Source of the DNA: the human T2T-CHM13v2.0 reference genome, Homo sapiens
DNA length: 64,000 nt
NCBI RefSeq assembly: GCF_009914755.1
Contig: NC_060929.1
Reading direction: 5' to 3' (one strand)
The position numbers and the translations under genes were made by a program. Positions 26,344 through 40,787 of this stretch are shown in pieces (the stretch's first letter is position 1; each line of letters begins with the position of its first letter). Under the pieces are notes generated by a model. The model saw nothing but the letters and a program-made list of their open reading frames with translations, made no database searches and had not been told where the DNA came from.

Positions 26344-26550
26344 TTCCTAGTTTTTTCAGGCCACTGTGACAAAATACCATAATCTGGGTAGCTTGTAAAT
26401 AACAGAAAATTATTTCTCACATTTGTTAGAGGCTGGGAAGTCCAAGATCAAGGCACCAGCAGATCTCATGTCAGGTGAGGGCCCACTTTCTAGTTCGTAG
26501 CTGCTGCCTTCTTCTGTGTCCTCACATGGTGGAAGGGGCAAGCCAGACTC
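26344..26550 (-). mobile_element. Partial MaLR LTR (MLT1A/MST-like)
   Basis: GAGGCTGGGAAGTCCAAGATCAAGGCACCAGCAGAT...GTGTCCTCACATGGTGGAAGG. Confidence 0.75.
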
Positions 26551-26589
26551 AGCACATTTAATGTCTCCACTTAATCCCGTATCGTTCTC

Positions 26590-26800
26590 TGTAACTTCAC
26601 TTTGCATTATTTTTTCATCATAGCACTTACCCTAACTTAACATGTCATGTTTATTTGTTTGCCTGTTGTCTATCTCCCCCACCAAAATATTAGACGATAC
26701 ATGAAAGACTTTCTTTTTGCTTACTGATATATTCATCAAACCTAGCACAGTGCCTGGCCCATAGCAGAAATTCAGTAAATATTTGTTGAATGAGTAAGTG
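26590..26800 (+). mobile_element. L2 3' end
   Basis: CCTAGCACAGTGCCTGGCCCATAGCAG...AAATATTTGTTGAATGAGT. Confidence 0.75.
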
Positions 26801-28977
26801 TACAGATACAAGCCTGCACTTAATAAACAATCCTAAATAGGGAGTGCTGCCACGTGAATGTGTTTTTTTGTAAACAGTGTTGGCTGATTAGAATGTGATA
26901 CTTGTTGACTGAAAACACATAAAAAACTTGCAAGATGCAAAGATGCATCAATAGGAAAATTTTAAATCATTCTCCAACTCCAGACAATGATTTAACATGT
27001 TGATGTGTTTTCTTTCTTTATGTATTTGATATCATAATGATGTGTCATCCTGGATATATTATTTTGTATCTTGCGTTTTCCCACTTAACAGTCGACCATC
27101 AGCATCTTTTTATATTTTTACAAAAATTTTTATAAAGACTTCTATTTACACATGGTGGAGTAAAGGTACATTTCTCCTTATCTCACTAAATAACAGAAAT
27201 GAGGGGGAAAGAGGAGAAAATCCATGTGTAATGAAACAAGTCACTGGCAACAGCCCCAGAGCATATACCTTGAAGCATACCTGCCAAATCTGTAATGTTT
27301 GGATACAGGTGAAGGCGGGCATAAGATTATACTTATTTCCATGGACTTAGAGCAAAATATAATTTCCCTTGAATTAAGAGTACTGCCATGAAAGACATCT
27401 CCAGTGTTCCCTGAATTATATGACAAGACCTAGAGCTGTAGCTAAGCTGCGGGAGAAGTTGAGAGTGACTCTGCAAACATCCAAGTATCACCACTGAAAG
27501 GCAGACAGTGGCACTGGAAGGAAAACCATTCTGATGCCATTTTAATTTTCCTTTCCCTAGCCTGCTGGCTGAGGGATCTTGGTAAAAGTGAAGTGGGGAA
27601 TGGAGGGAGAGCAGGCAGCAGTTGTGCTTAAGGGCTTTGCTGTGAGGCCCATTAGAACAAGCAATGGGAGAAGCAGGGGGCAGAAAAGAAAGGCTTTCTG
27701 AAAGAGCTGGCCAGGCTTTTAGGAAAATGCATTACTTATTTCAGACTCTGAGAACACACTAAGATGCTAAATAGTATTTGGTGAACTGAAAGGGTAAATA
27801 CTTTCTTCCAAAGCTATTTGGTTGAGAGACATGGCCACTATGGAGAAAATAAGCCATTAAAATCAGAAATAAGAATGAAATAGCTGAGCTTGTACAAACT
27901 TTGTGTAGTTTACAGAAAGAGGTTAGCACAAAGATAGAAGCCATAAATCAAAGATTAAGCAATGTGGCACAAAAGGGCATGTGTTTCTGTAATTGTAAAA
28001 TGAGCTTCCCAGCAAAAGGTGAAGCTGAGCTTTTCAAATTGCTGGAATGTCACTGCTTATTTATGAGCAAAGATAAAACTCATTTTTAGATAAATGACTA
28101 AATTGAAATACCATAATGCGTACCATTCAAGTGCTGTTATGGTTAAAAAATGTGACTATAAAAATGTCACATTATTACGGAACCTATTTGTTGGTTAGGT
28201 ATTTTCCAAGTCCTGTCTCAGTTTATTGACTTCCGCTAGGTTTTACTACCGCCTGCCTTGCATAGCCAATGCACAGTAGCTATTGCAAAAGCAAGATCTA
28301 GTCCTTTGTACCTCACACAGCTCTGAAGAATCTCAGGAATTCTTTAAACCAGAGCTGATATTGTTGCTAATGCCATTAGATGAAATAAGAATGAAGGCAC
28401 TTTGTTGGCGGAGACCGTATCTCATTTACAGAAAAGCAGTGGTCTCTTTCAAATTCAAGTTCATATCTAATTTGAAACTACATCTTATATTCTGATTGTT
28501 CTACCATTTCCCTTGAGTGCTTAAGCAATCATGGTATCTCTCTGCCAAATTAAGTCAAGACAGAGCTTACTATATGACTTATTAAAGAATCAGCACCAGG
28601 CTGTGAACAGCAGTAGTCCTGAGCAGGGGGTGGTTGTGTGCCTTAAAGATTATTAATTGCAATAGACTACCCATGCTAGTAAATTACCTTTTACGTGTTA
28701 ACATGGTAAGGCCACAGTGGGCTGAATTGTTTGCAGATAGACGACAATAAGAAGCCAGAAATTGTGGGGAAATGGAATGTATACTGTGGTAAAGATGGGG
28801 GAGATGGAGGCTACAAGAAAGAAGAGATCAGCATAGAAGACTGAGTTTTGTGAAGAAGAGAGAGGTGAATCAAATCATGAGTCAAACAACAACATGAGAG
28901 GATGGTATGGCAGGCTTCAGTTCTCCAAAGAGGTTATAAGAAGAGGAACTCAAAGAAATGAAAATGGAATGGCAAAC

Positions 28978-29245
28978 TAATAAAAACTAGCACTTACGTA
29001 GCATATACCAGGTGCGGGCACTGTTCTAAATGCTTTATTTATGTTAATTAATGTAAACAATGACCCTGTGAGGTCAGAATGATTTCACATCTCTACCATA
29101 CAGATAAAGAAAAAAAAAAAAATGAAGCAAGTTTTCAAATGACTTGCCCAAGTCACACAGCCAGCAAGAGGCCTGGCTGAGATCTGAACCCTGGGAACCT
29201 CAGATTCAAGTTCGTACTTGGAGGCTTATACCATATTGCCTCTCT
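28978..29245 (-). mobile_element. MIR
   Basis: GGGCACTGTTCTAAATGCTTTA...TGACTTGCCCAAGTCACACAGC...GATCTGAACCC. Confidence 0.7.
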
Positions 29246-30391
29246 CAGATGTGAGTGACAATAAAATAGATGTTTTTTCAGAGTTTAACTTTTCATTATA
29301 TGAAAAAATAAGCTGGAAGTCCAGCTGACCTATGTTTAAGGTCAACTGTTGACTAATTCATACTCAAGAGAGTTACAGCAGAGAGGTGACATGCCGTGCG
29401 ACTAGCACAGGTTCTTGTCAGTGGACGTCAGGTGGTAACGTTGAGGGAAGGAAAACAGGGTGGATTAGAGAAAGCATTTTAACAGCAAAGCCTAGACTGG
29501 GAACTGTGGATTTATATTAGGAGAAATTTTTTTTTAAAGACCATTCTACAATTGAAAAATATCTTATTAGAAAATGTGCTAATTTTTTGCAACTTTGCAG
29601 TAGACCTAAGCTAAATAGAATGTAAATATTTCATTGTCACCATTATACATATAAATAAACCACTGATTTTGGATAAGTGTCCAGTAATTTGTGTATTATT
29701 CCTTCAATCTAGGCCTCTTGGGCAAAAGTTATATTGACCCTATAGGTGTGGATTTGGGGACTACAGGTTTCAGGAAATGTTACTGCATTGCCAGAGATAT
29801 TACTAAATCTGTAGATTTAGCCGGGAGATATTCTAAAATGCAAGTGACAAATCACCTTTACTTTCAATAACTAACATAGTTGAAAGGGTGGGAGGAAGGC
29901 TTATAGGCAACTTAAATACACATTTTTAAGGATTTTTTTCCTCTTTCTTTTGATGACTAAAATATCTTATTTTAAAGAAAAATAAAATCTGACATTTTAG
30001 CGTTTATCTTTGGTGGAAATTGTTGTTAGGAGGAAAAACAGTTTTATAGAGAAGTTTGAGATGAACAATTGCCAAGGACTCGAAAGATAGGCTTTTTGTG
30101 TGTGTGACATATCTAAGGATTTGTCTTGACAGTGTCAAAATAACAGTTCAATTCTGTTAACCACTTGATTCACAAATAAGTCAAAACAATCATTGGGCTA
30201 AATTAAACTGCTTTTATTTTTTCTCAACTTTCTTAATCAAAAGTATATATTTGTAGTTGTACAGCAAGCAGATACACCAGCTCTTTTGAAAAGTGAAAGG
30301 TGTTCCAGTTATGACAGTAAAGGGAGCCTGACTGCCATAACTTTTAAAGCACACCAAAGTTTGGCAGAGGGTTTCTCTGCACTTTAACTGT

Positions 30392-30805
30392 TGTACATCA
30401 GGTTCTCCAGGAAACAGAATCTGTGCAGGAAGCTTAGTAGGGACTGCTGTTGGATTCAACACCTGTGGAAGGAAGGGAAGGAGTCAGAGCAGGCAAAAGG
30501 AGAAGTTGAGCTCTGACATAGTCTCACTTAAAGCCTCAGCCAACCCATGGAGAGCTCTGAAGCTAGGAGGGCTCTTCGGCATTGTACTGAGTTGGAGCAA
30601 GGGCACCTGGCCTGTATAACTCCATGCCATCCAGTTATTGAATGAATACAGGCTGCCCCAGGAAGGTGGCTCTTTCTAGCCCAGGGCAATTCGTATAGAA
30701 AGCTGAAAGCCAAGGGCCATCAGGCAACATCTTTCCCAGGAGCTGGGCGAATATGTCCTTAAGTCCTGTAAAAGAACCTGGCGATTCATGACAATGCCCT
30801 TTCTA
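30392..30805. mobile_element. ERVL LTR (LTR16-like)
   Basis: CAACACCTGTGGAAGG...GGAGAAGTTGAGCT...GCCTCAGCCAACCCATGGAGAGCTCTGAAGC pattern. Confidence 0.6.
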
Positions 30806-31009
30806 GTAGCTGACTGAAATATTTTGAAATTTTAAGACAGAAAAGGAAATAATCAAGAATAATATCTGCATTTTATTATTAAGACTTAACTTATATAGTG
30901 TTATTACAGAGGGAGGCCTTCTTCTACAGACAAAATAAGACCAAAAGAAATTATTTAAATAAGCCTATTTTGCATAGAAGTAATATATTTAGCCAATACT
31001 GGTTATCAA

Positions 31010-31043
31010 GAGAGAGAGAGAGAGAAAGAGAGAGAGAGTGTGT
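31010..31043. repeat. (GA)n microsatellite, interrupted
   Basis: Directly visible. Confidence 0.9.
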
Positions 31044-31429
31044 AACAGATACACAGAATGAGACACTTTCAGTCTTATGTACTGTATTACGACCATAAAA
31101 TATTTCTGTCATTTAATGTTTGTGGCTCTCTTGTATGGAAGGTACTATTGTCCAATTCTGCTAATAAATAGAATCAGAGGGGCTAGGGGACTTGTCCAAG
31201 ATCATACAGCTGGTTACTGGTGTAGTCATGACTCTAACCTACATCTGCCCATATTAAAGCTCTTCTTCTTGTTCCTGTCCTTCATTGTTCTAGTCCCTGG
31301 ACCATAGAGGTTTTCTATTTCAGTAGATAACTTTTTGTCCTCCCAGACCTCAGAAATTTGTCCTTTAAGCTAAGTGTTTATCTCCTTTGGCCCTTGTCAC
31401 AGCCTTGGCTGGTAAAAAGGCAAGGTGTT

Positions 31430-31735
31430 TTCTTTTCATTGTTGTTGTTTCTGAGACAGGGTCTTGCTCTGTCACCCAGACTGGAGTGCAATGGTGCAAT
31501 TATGGCTCTCTACAGCCTCAAACTTCTAGACTTCAGTGATCCTTCCACCTCAGCCTCCCAAGCAACTAGGACCCCAGGTGCATGCCACAACACCCAGATG
31601 ATTTTTTTGTATTTTTTGCAGAGACAGGGTTTCACCATGTTGCCCAGGCTGGTCTCGAACTCCTGGACTCAAGCAGTCTGTCCATCTCAGCCTCCCAAAG
31701 TGCTGGGATTACAGGTGTGAGCCACCACACTGGCC
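31430..31735 (-). mobile_element. AluJ
   Basis: Dimeric Alu with J-type features (GGGTCTTGCTCTG, CAGCCTCAAAC, TTGCCCAGG); TSD-like AAGGCAAG on both sides. Confidence 0.9.
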
Positions 31736-32328
31736 AAGGCAAGTATTTTTATCTGCACTTTAGCGGGAATGTAGTGCTGATGACAGTGGCCTAGCATCTT
31801 ATGAAAACAGGACTATTCCAGGATGGTTTCTGCCCTGTACTTCTGCCTCCATTTAGTCGATGAATTAACAGGTAAAAGAAATGATGCAAAATGTGGCAGG
31901 AGTCAGAGGTGAACTTGGGTCTACTGATTCCTAATCCCATGCTTGATTCCCCCTCCAATGGGATTAACATGGGAAAAGGGAAAATATGGATATATTGTAG
32001 GTATACTGCACATATATTGTGGGTGCAGAACAATGTCAACCTTTCAATGATCCTACGTAATAATCATTTTATTTATGATGAGGAGATTGTGGAACCAGTA
32101 GAAAGAAATGATTTGAGTGGCCATTAGGAAAAATGTAAGCATATACACTTCTAAGAATGTGACTTAAACAAATTTTGAAATGATTTTAAACTTCCTTTAA
32201 ATGAGAATAACTTCCAAGGCCTTCTTGATTAGAATGCCTGAATGATGTGTCTCTTTTACCGAGAGAAATAGTTACCTGATTCCCCACAGTTGAATCACAT
32301 GACAAGTGATGCAACTTCATTGCTCTGA

Positions 32329-32674
<346 letters not shown>

Positions 32675-33964
32675 CCTCTGGTTTATTTTTGACAGCACAA
32701 CTGAAATAGAAAAGGTTCTCTTGTTACCTGGTTTATTTTAATAGGGTACTGCTTGTGTCAGAAAATTCGAGAGGACTTTAAGACATTTATCAGATATTTA
32801 TATAATATTTCATCTTCCATAATATAAAAAGGAATAAGGAGAGTCATTGTAATATTTTGAGTCACATATATTCTTTGATACATTGAAGTAAATGACAATC
32901 TCAACCGGAAGTATTTTAAGTCTTTTCTCAAGCAACTATTACTTTATTCATGTCTTCAGTTTCAGCTCAAATCTTAATTTAATGGAAGATTTCACCAACG
33001 GTTAAATAGAACGGATACTTCTGCATGATTAATGCAGTGTCCCCTATATATTGTATTACTCTGAATTATAAATTATTTAGCATTTTAGTACTAAAAACAG
33101 ATGATATGTTTGCCTTTTGAAATGCAGATAGAGGGATGTAGATATATGTAGATAAAGGATTTTAATCCATCATGAACACTTTACACTTGCATGTGTGTTC
33201 ATTAACAACCACAAGTCAGTCAGCTTAAAAATTCATGCTCACAATTTGTCAGTATTAATCTAAAGGTCCCTAAATTGGATTATCACTGTTAGTGCTACAG
33301 TAAAAACCAACTAATAATTTAATAATTTATTACTTTTTTATTGTCCTGGGTATTAAAATGGTCACAGAACTACAGTTATACCATTTCGTATGCACACATA
33401 TATAAAGTTATGCTGATATTGACAATTTATAAAGGTTGTGAATGAAATCCAAATTAAGGATGCCTTTAAGTTCTCTTTTATTGACTATATGAAATCAAAA
33501 CTTAAATATGATTATAATATCTAGAGAATTCACATATAATGTACAGTGATTATTAAACTTTCAAGTTTCATTGTTTTGGAAGAAGTTTTGTGTCATTCAT
33601 GTCTGTTTGCCCAAATCTTTAAAAGAATGCTCATTTCCTAAAATTCTTTGTGATCTAAACATGAGAGTTGAGTATGTAGAGGGAGTATAGGGCTGTAATT
33701 AATATATTAAGTCCTCTAAATAGAATGGTGACATTTGACCAAGAGAATGAGGCTATTAGTACAAGGAGCTCTCCTAGTAGATTAATAATGGGGGGTAGGG
33801 CAAGATTCACATGCACCTCTGCTTCTAGGCCAGGGATTCCAAAGTTACGTGTACAAAGGCAGGAAGGAGGGGCACTTGAGTATTATACAGTGAGGAGTAG
33901 TGGATACTGACAAATTGAATGGTGTAGGTCTGGAGAAAGTTGAGTTTGTGATCATTTGGGAATG

Positions 33965-34125
33965 CAATGCCAGTTTCTCCACAGCTTCTGACTTTCAAGA
34001 TAAGATAAAAATATGGATGTTTTGGTGAAATTTTCTGATTTTTAGGACACTGAGTGGGCCATATCAATCCCTTATGTGGGCTGCATGTAGCCTGTAAACC
34101 TCCGGTGTTCACATTCCCATCTAAG
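33965..34125. mobile_element. hAT DNA transposon remnant (MER103-like)
   Basis: CTTCTGACTTTCAAGATAAG...GTGAAATTTTCTGATTTTTA...GTGGGCTGCATGTAGCCTG resembles the recalled MER103 pattern. Confidence 0.4.
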
Positions 34126-37100
34126 TCAAAGAGAGACCGAAGTCTTGGGTTGTCTTCCATTTTACACACATGGAATGCCAATCAATTTTGAGTAGGCAAC
34201 TAATTATCTTAACAGAATCTTCAAAATAGAATCAAAACCATCTTTAGATACATTTAAGTTTTCTTCTACAAGTGTCAAAAATATAGTAACCCTCCAGTTT
34301 TTTGGTTTAAGCCATGGGTGTGTACTTTTTAGCCAAAGGGGGAGAGGCAGTTGGAATTCTGTTTCATTTGGCATATTGTCTTTTATTATTGATTGGTCCA
34401 AAATTGGACACCACCTTCCTTATTCACACTTACCTATCTCAGTAGGAGATTTCCGGTCTTGATTCAAATCTTTGTGGTCAGTTTTTATCTGATCATTTGT
34501 CTGTCTGATATTCTTGATATGCTTTTATAACATTTTTAACAGAAAATGTAAATGCTATTTATGGAACGCAAGCTGCTCGGCTATGAAGGGTCTCTTGTGA
34601 TTTCTCAAGTTGTTTTCATGTTTGGCTAATACTGTCTGCTAGAACAGAAGTCTGGGAACTAACGTGGAATATTAAACGACTGAATACAAGTTTCCTTCCC
34701 TTCCAAGTCTGTCTTCAGGGGCATAGAGAAAAGATGAATGAGAATGGAAAATAGAGGAGTGTCACTGAGCAGGGGGTTAATTATATTAATTTCAGGCTCA
34801 ACTCAGCTTGAAAACAATATAATCTATAAAAAAATGGAATTTCAACAAGAAGCCAATCTCCTATTACCTTTTTCTTTTTAAGACCACAATATGTTATAGT
34901 CATCAGGCACTCATAAATTGCCGTTACAAGCTGTTTAGAATAAGACATTATACAAAACCGACTTAGAATTGGAAACTCTAGGGAGATTTTTTTTTCCCTG
35001 TTGCACCTGAAGTATTTTTTCCATGTGTTGAGTTTCCTTTTGTTTGTTCACTGGAGAACATGGGAATTCTGCTGTGCTTCTTTTACATGTGATGGATGAG
35101 GAGGGTCAAGATGCAATTGAATTATTTTAAATACTGAGGAGCCAAATGTAAATAGTACTATGTAGTACTGTCCCCTCATTGTATATGTGAACACAGAGAG
35201 CCATCATGTTTTCCCCTTCATTTATGCTAAGTTGCCTGGCAAGAATTATTAAGTGGTAGTTGGGAATGGGAATAAGTAGAAGAGAGTGAAAAAATAGTCC
35301 AATTTCTTCCAATACAAACTTCTCTGTTCCTCCACCAGGAAAGCTTCAGTACCTGTTTCATTAACAATAGTAAGAATCTCTAGGTAAAAAACCATTGAGT
35401 AGTGTCAATACCTTGAAGCAAACGAATATTTTTCAAAATATTTACAGCAGCCATGAAAATAACTTAGAACATTGAACTGAAGTAATCAGCATTGACATTG
35501 CATACTATCCTATTTCTCATTACTTTGTCCTATGTGCATAAGTAATCATTTCAATGATGCTTTTGTTAAAATATGTGAACATTTATACTCAATTATTCAA
35601 AAGCACATAATCATATGTCAATTCCTTGGAAATTTTAGAGTAAATTTTACTACTTCATCACCTGTATCTAGATAAATTTATTAGGCACTTGCCGATGGTC
35701 AGTAATACCTGTTTATTAAGTTGATTTTCAGGCTACTTTCATGAGAGATTTCATAAATTAGCATTAGTACCTTAACATTTAAGCTTAAACAGGGGTTAGG
35801 CATTCATAAATTGAATCAAGTGATCAGGGACTAAGAGGGAAGGAAAATGTTTTTTAATGCATTTCTGGCCCACCACCCTTCCCCTTCTATTCAACCCCAA
35901 GAGCCTACTTTGCCGTGAGGAAGGACATATTTAAAGTTAGAATCTCTAGTGCCAGAAATTTCTACTTTATGTCTTGGCTAACCAGCGAGGATAATCAGCA
36001 CCTTGTCTTTCTTAAAATTGACAGGGCACGTTTTTAAAGTGTTGAAAGAGAAGTATACAGAGCTTACAGGTTGAACAGTCTCAATTCCCTGGCTTCAGCA
36101 AAGATTTTGAAACTTAAGTTGTTTTCAGATGTCAGGGTAAAGCCCTGTGGTCAGTTAAATGAATCAGCTACTTTAGTCATTGGTATTTTCTAACAAATAC
36201 ATAAAAATCGGAAGTGCACACTCTGAAATATAAAAATCAACATTATTCATGTCAGTATTCATTTTCTATAGTTTTGTGTTACATTCACCAAAGGGAACAA
36301 TATATTTCCCAGTTTGGTAAGCCTTTCATCTGTTTTAGCGTATTAAAAAGGCAAACCCGCTTAAAGATTCAGGTTTAATCCTTCGAAAATTAACCCAATC
36401 CCAGGCTTTAAATGAACTTTGCCTAAATTCAGACAAGTACAGAGAACCTCCAGTTTATTTTGCCCTTTTATTTGGAAAACAGTATGATTTTCCATGCCGC
36501 CCTTCACTGGCCCCTTCAGTGCCTCCTCAAAAGAGCAGTAGAGCCTTCATCTCTTGGGGATCTGTAGGAAACGCCGTTGTTTTGAGCAGGCTCCAACCAT
36601 GTAAAATCCACCCCTAGTACCCTGCAAATGTTGGATAGGAGGAGATTCTTGGGATGTGGTGGGAGCAGCTAGTACTTAAAAAACAATACTCCATCCCGAA
36701 TTTAGATGCTTCCAAAATCCTTTGTCTCTCACAAATCCACTTCTTGATTATGTCATGGAATCTGAATGAAGTTAAAGGAATATAAAATAAAGGCAGTTTC
36801 TGCAGCAAATTTATATAAAATATGCTTGCTTCCTTCAAGCCACATCCCCCTCTAAGAGGGTGGAACTAACACTTCTGTGAATGATGACACACAAGGATTT
36901 TTTCGATTTTAGCTGTTTGCCCATCAGCTGCCCATTCTCTCACTGGTCAGACTATTGGTTGCTAAGCATCAGCATTATTACACCCAAAATTGCAATTTTT
37001 TGGTTTCTCCCTTCTTCCTCTTCTACTCTTCTCCTCAATGGCCTATTCACTGTTGTCTTGTCACCCGAGTACTTAGGTCAAAGCATAGAAACTGGAGGAC

Positions 37101-37339
37101 TGAGCTGAGCAGTTTGGGGAATGGAAGAGTGGAACCAGCAACTCCGTTTATCCCATGGAGTCACTGCTCCCAGGGCACGGGTCCTCAGGGAATGTCCACA
37201 GGAATTACCACTGCAGGCTTCCTGGGGCCTCCTGCAAGCAGAGATCTGGCGTCTCCACCATGATTCACATCACTGGATGTGGATTTGTAAACTAAAGAAA
37301 ACACAGACCATTTCCATCCACATGCCACTTAATAGCTGT

Positions 37340-37560
37340 CAGCCATGGTTGACTCCTATGATGAAGTGAGGGTGTTTTCAGACGTTGTGTCATTTAGCCC
37401 TCAAGGAAGTTCTAGGCAACTTTTAATGACCATTATCCCCAATTTACAGATGAAGAAACAGGCTTATAGGGAGGGTAAGGAACTTGCCTATGTTATTCTT
37501 CAGGTAACTGGTGGTTAAAGGCCCGAGTCTGGCTCCAAAGCCCATGTCCTAAACACAGCC
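37340..37560 (-). mobile_element. MIR
   Basis: ATTATCCCCAATTTACAGATGAAGAAACAGGCT...TCTGGCTCCAAAGCCCATG. Confidence 0.75.
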
Positions 37561-38485
37561 CTGTGTCCCCTGCACCAGCTATCTGCCTCACTCACCAGTA
37601 TGTATGATGCATTCCATAACCTTAACCTTAGCTTCCTTTTTTGTCACTCGTTTTCATGGTGACAGTGGGATAAGAAGGCATTGCTATTTTTCCAGTGGCA
37701 GAATGTTTAGGATATGTTATTCTTATCTTATGCATGGTTTGTAAAAGATATCTGCAATTGATATATGAAATGCTATCTTCATATTTGCCTTACATAAGAA
37801 ACAAAATAGAATGTCTTTTTCTTCCTTTCCTCTTAAATAAGTGATTACACTTGTTTTGGAAGAAATGCCAGGGTAGATGGCACCTTAAAATAGTTTTGGC
37901 AAATATGTTCATGAGTTAAAGTCATAGAAGTCCTCATACCAACCAGATTTTCCAATGGCACAAGTACAAACTGAACATCTGAATGCTGAAACCAACTTAG
38001 GAATTTAGTTCTCAAGCTAAATCAACTACCTCTTTTCTGCTTACTTCTTAGTTGTGGATAGCTAAATATTTGCTCGTGGAGCTGAACTGTTGCCCATTAA
38101 GTCGTTTTCTCATGTTTCCCCCTCACCTCCCATCTTTCCTAATAGTCGTTACTGCCTGAAATCTTTTATTCAAGTAACAACACATCATTTGAGTTGGATC
38201 TCATTTTGAAAATTTTAATAATTAGAACTGGAGATTGTTCAGATTAGCTCTTATTTTAACTATAGGATATTTGAAACAACATCAGTATGCCTTTTATATG
38301 TAAGCAGTTTTTCTTAAAACTGAAATAATGAAATATAATAATTATATCTTGCTTTCATGGATCACTGAGAATGTTTTGTAAATGAATCATCACTGCTATG
38401 CATAGATGCTCAAACGATGAGACTCTGTCATATATGTTTTCTCTGAGGGTTTTAGAAAAGCCGGTTATATACCTCAATCGCTATG

Positions 38486-38692
38486 GCAGGGTTTCTTGAC
38501 CTCGGTCCTACTGACCCTTTGGATCGGGTTGTTTGTTGATCTCTGTGCACTGTAGAATACTTTTCAGTATCTCTGGCTTCTACACATTAGATGTGAGTAG
38601 CAACTTCTTACTCAGTTGTCATTGCCAAAAATGTCTTCAGACAGTGCCCAGTGTCCCTTAGGGGCATAGTCACCTCTGGCTGAGAACCAGTT
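38486..38692. mobile_element. MER20 (hAT-Charlie)
   Basis: CTGTGCACTGTAGAAT...CCAAAAATGTCTTCAGACAGTGCC...GGCTGAGAACCA. Confidence 0.8.
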
Positions 38693-40524
38693 CTTGTCTT
38701 AACAAGATGAGAAACCAGTTAGACATCAAAACATTAGCTCTGTTGATGGTCAAGTTGAAGTGGAGAATGTGGCTGAGGTCTAAGGCCAAGTTGAATTTAT
38801 TTTTTCTTTTTCTTTTTTTCAGATACTTCTGCCCAAGGGTACCATGCCTTCCACGGCTACTGTATTCAAAAATATTACAACCCTGTGACTGTCTCTCTCA
38901 CTTACTTTACTCAATTTGTCCTCCTAGCCCCCATCTCCACCTGAAATTCATATTGAATTGTTTATTGTTCTCCTCCTCCGCTAAAATGTAAGCTTCATGA
39001 AAGCGGGACATTTTTTCTTTAGTGCTATTACCCCAGAACACAGATCAATGCCTGCCACATAATTTGAATCCATGAGTAATTGTTGACTAAATGAGTCAAT
39101 TATTTAGAGACACTTGCTGTAAAAAGATAGATTGAGGATATTAAAGATCACAAACATAGCTGAAAATAAATAGTTGAAATAATTTTTATTGAAGAAGGAT
39201 GGCTTAAAGTATAATCATTCTACTTAATGGTTTTATAATTAATTAATCAATCCATAATTGAGATTTAGGCTTTTCCCTCATTTTATATAATTAGTTTTGC
39301 TGGTCTATTTTTCATGTCAAGCAAACAATGCCTTCAGAGAGGAGAGGGCTTTGAGCTACAAGGAAATGAGGAGAGAAAGCTCAGATGATGCATGAAGTGA
39401 GAAAACAGTAGGAAATACCAACATTTCTTATGCAGTCAGTCACTCAAAATACATCAATAAGCAAAAGTCTACATTGGGTAGTTTCACTGGAAGGTAAGGA
39501 GGGTTAAGCACAATATTCCTTTGAATGCTGTTTTGAGTTTCAGAGCTAACAATTGAGAGTTTTGAATTTCAAGTAAGTAACAATTTATCCATTCAGAGTT
39601 TAAAATTTGTATTATATATTTTCAAATCTTTCTTGATTTATACTTATTTTTTCAGCTCCCCAAATTTAACCAGTTACATGTATTTAAGTGCCATTATCCT
39701 CAATAATTTGAACTGAAGTAGTTGCCTTTAATAGGAAATATGAATTTCATCATGAAAATAGAACACAAAATTCTTAGCTTAGTTATAAAGTCCAGAAATA
39801 TTTGGGCTGAAATGCTGTAAGCTGAGCAAATAATAAAGATACACATTCTACCAAATGTGTTCTGGTCTTGAAAAATTAAGAACATGTGTCCCAACAAGGT
39901 AGAGAATGCAGCCTCTTCAGGCCGTGTACTGACCACCACTGAAATTTTATATGACAAGAATCACATCCTGGTCATGGGCAGATGCCAGAATTCACTAGTA
40001 TTGTCAACAAAAGGGCTATGACAACTTATCTTTTAAAAAATGTTGTATCAAATTTTTTGTTATTGGTTTATTGGAATGCCCTCATGTGTTTCTTAATTAT
40101 AATGCCTATTTAGCTCTTTCAAAGAACCTATTTCTTACTTTTAAACATACAGTCAAAATAGTTAGTAAAAATAATGGATTTGTTTTTGTTTTTCCTTTCC
40201 CCATACCTACTTCCTGGGATATATAAAAAGTCCTAAAGAGGCTAGAGCAATCCTAGGGCTATGGATTGGGCACCTGTTTATTACAGATTACTTAAAGAAA
40301 TGGAAGAACTAAAGTGAATATTCTATCCCAGTTCTTTGTTGGCTGTGGCTTGGAGAGGAGTTGCCTCCCCCAGTCTCACAGTGCATCAGCGATGGATCCT
40401 GCCTGAAACCCCAACTCCCATGATCTCTGTACAGCATTATTCCCATCCTCCGTTTATGGTATAATATGGCCATATTTTATCCCTCCTGGACTCCAACATT
40501 GCTCAACACCCGGAGTCAGGGGAT

Positions 40525-40787
40525 TTGTTGTTGTTGTTGTTGTTTTAGAGACAACACAGTCATGGTTCACTGCAACCTTTAACTCATGGGCTCAAGTGAT
40601 CCTCCTGCCTTAGCCTCCCAAGTGCCTAGGACTACAGATGTGTGCCACCGTGCCTGACATTTTTTTTTAAGAGATAGGGTCTCGCTTTGTTTCCCAGGCT
40701 GGTCTTGAACACCTGACTTCGAGCAACCCTCCTAACTTAACCTCCCAAAGTGTTGGGATTACAGTTGTGAGCCACTGTGCCCAGCCT
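40525..40787 (-). mobile_element. AluJ with (TTG)n tail and a short deletion near the 3' end
   Basis: GAGACA is followed directly by ...CATGGTTCACTGCAACC, so the GGGTCTC...CAGTGG segment is missing; J-type GGGCTCAAGTGATCCTCC. Confidence 0.88.

Noticed and set aside
29420-29440. CTCF-like TGGACGTCAGGTGGTAAC
   Set aside because: Several mismatches at core positions; cannot be supported without ChIP data.
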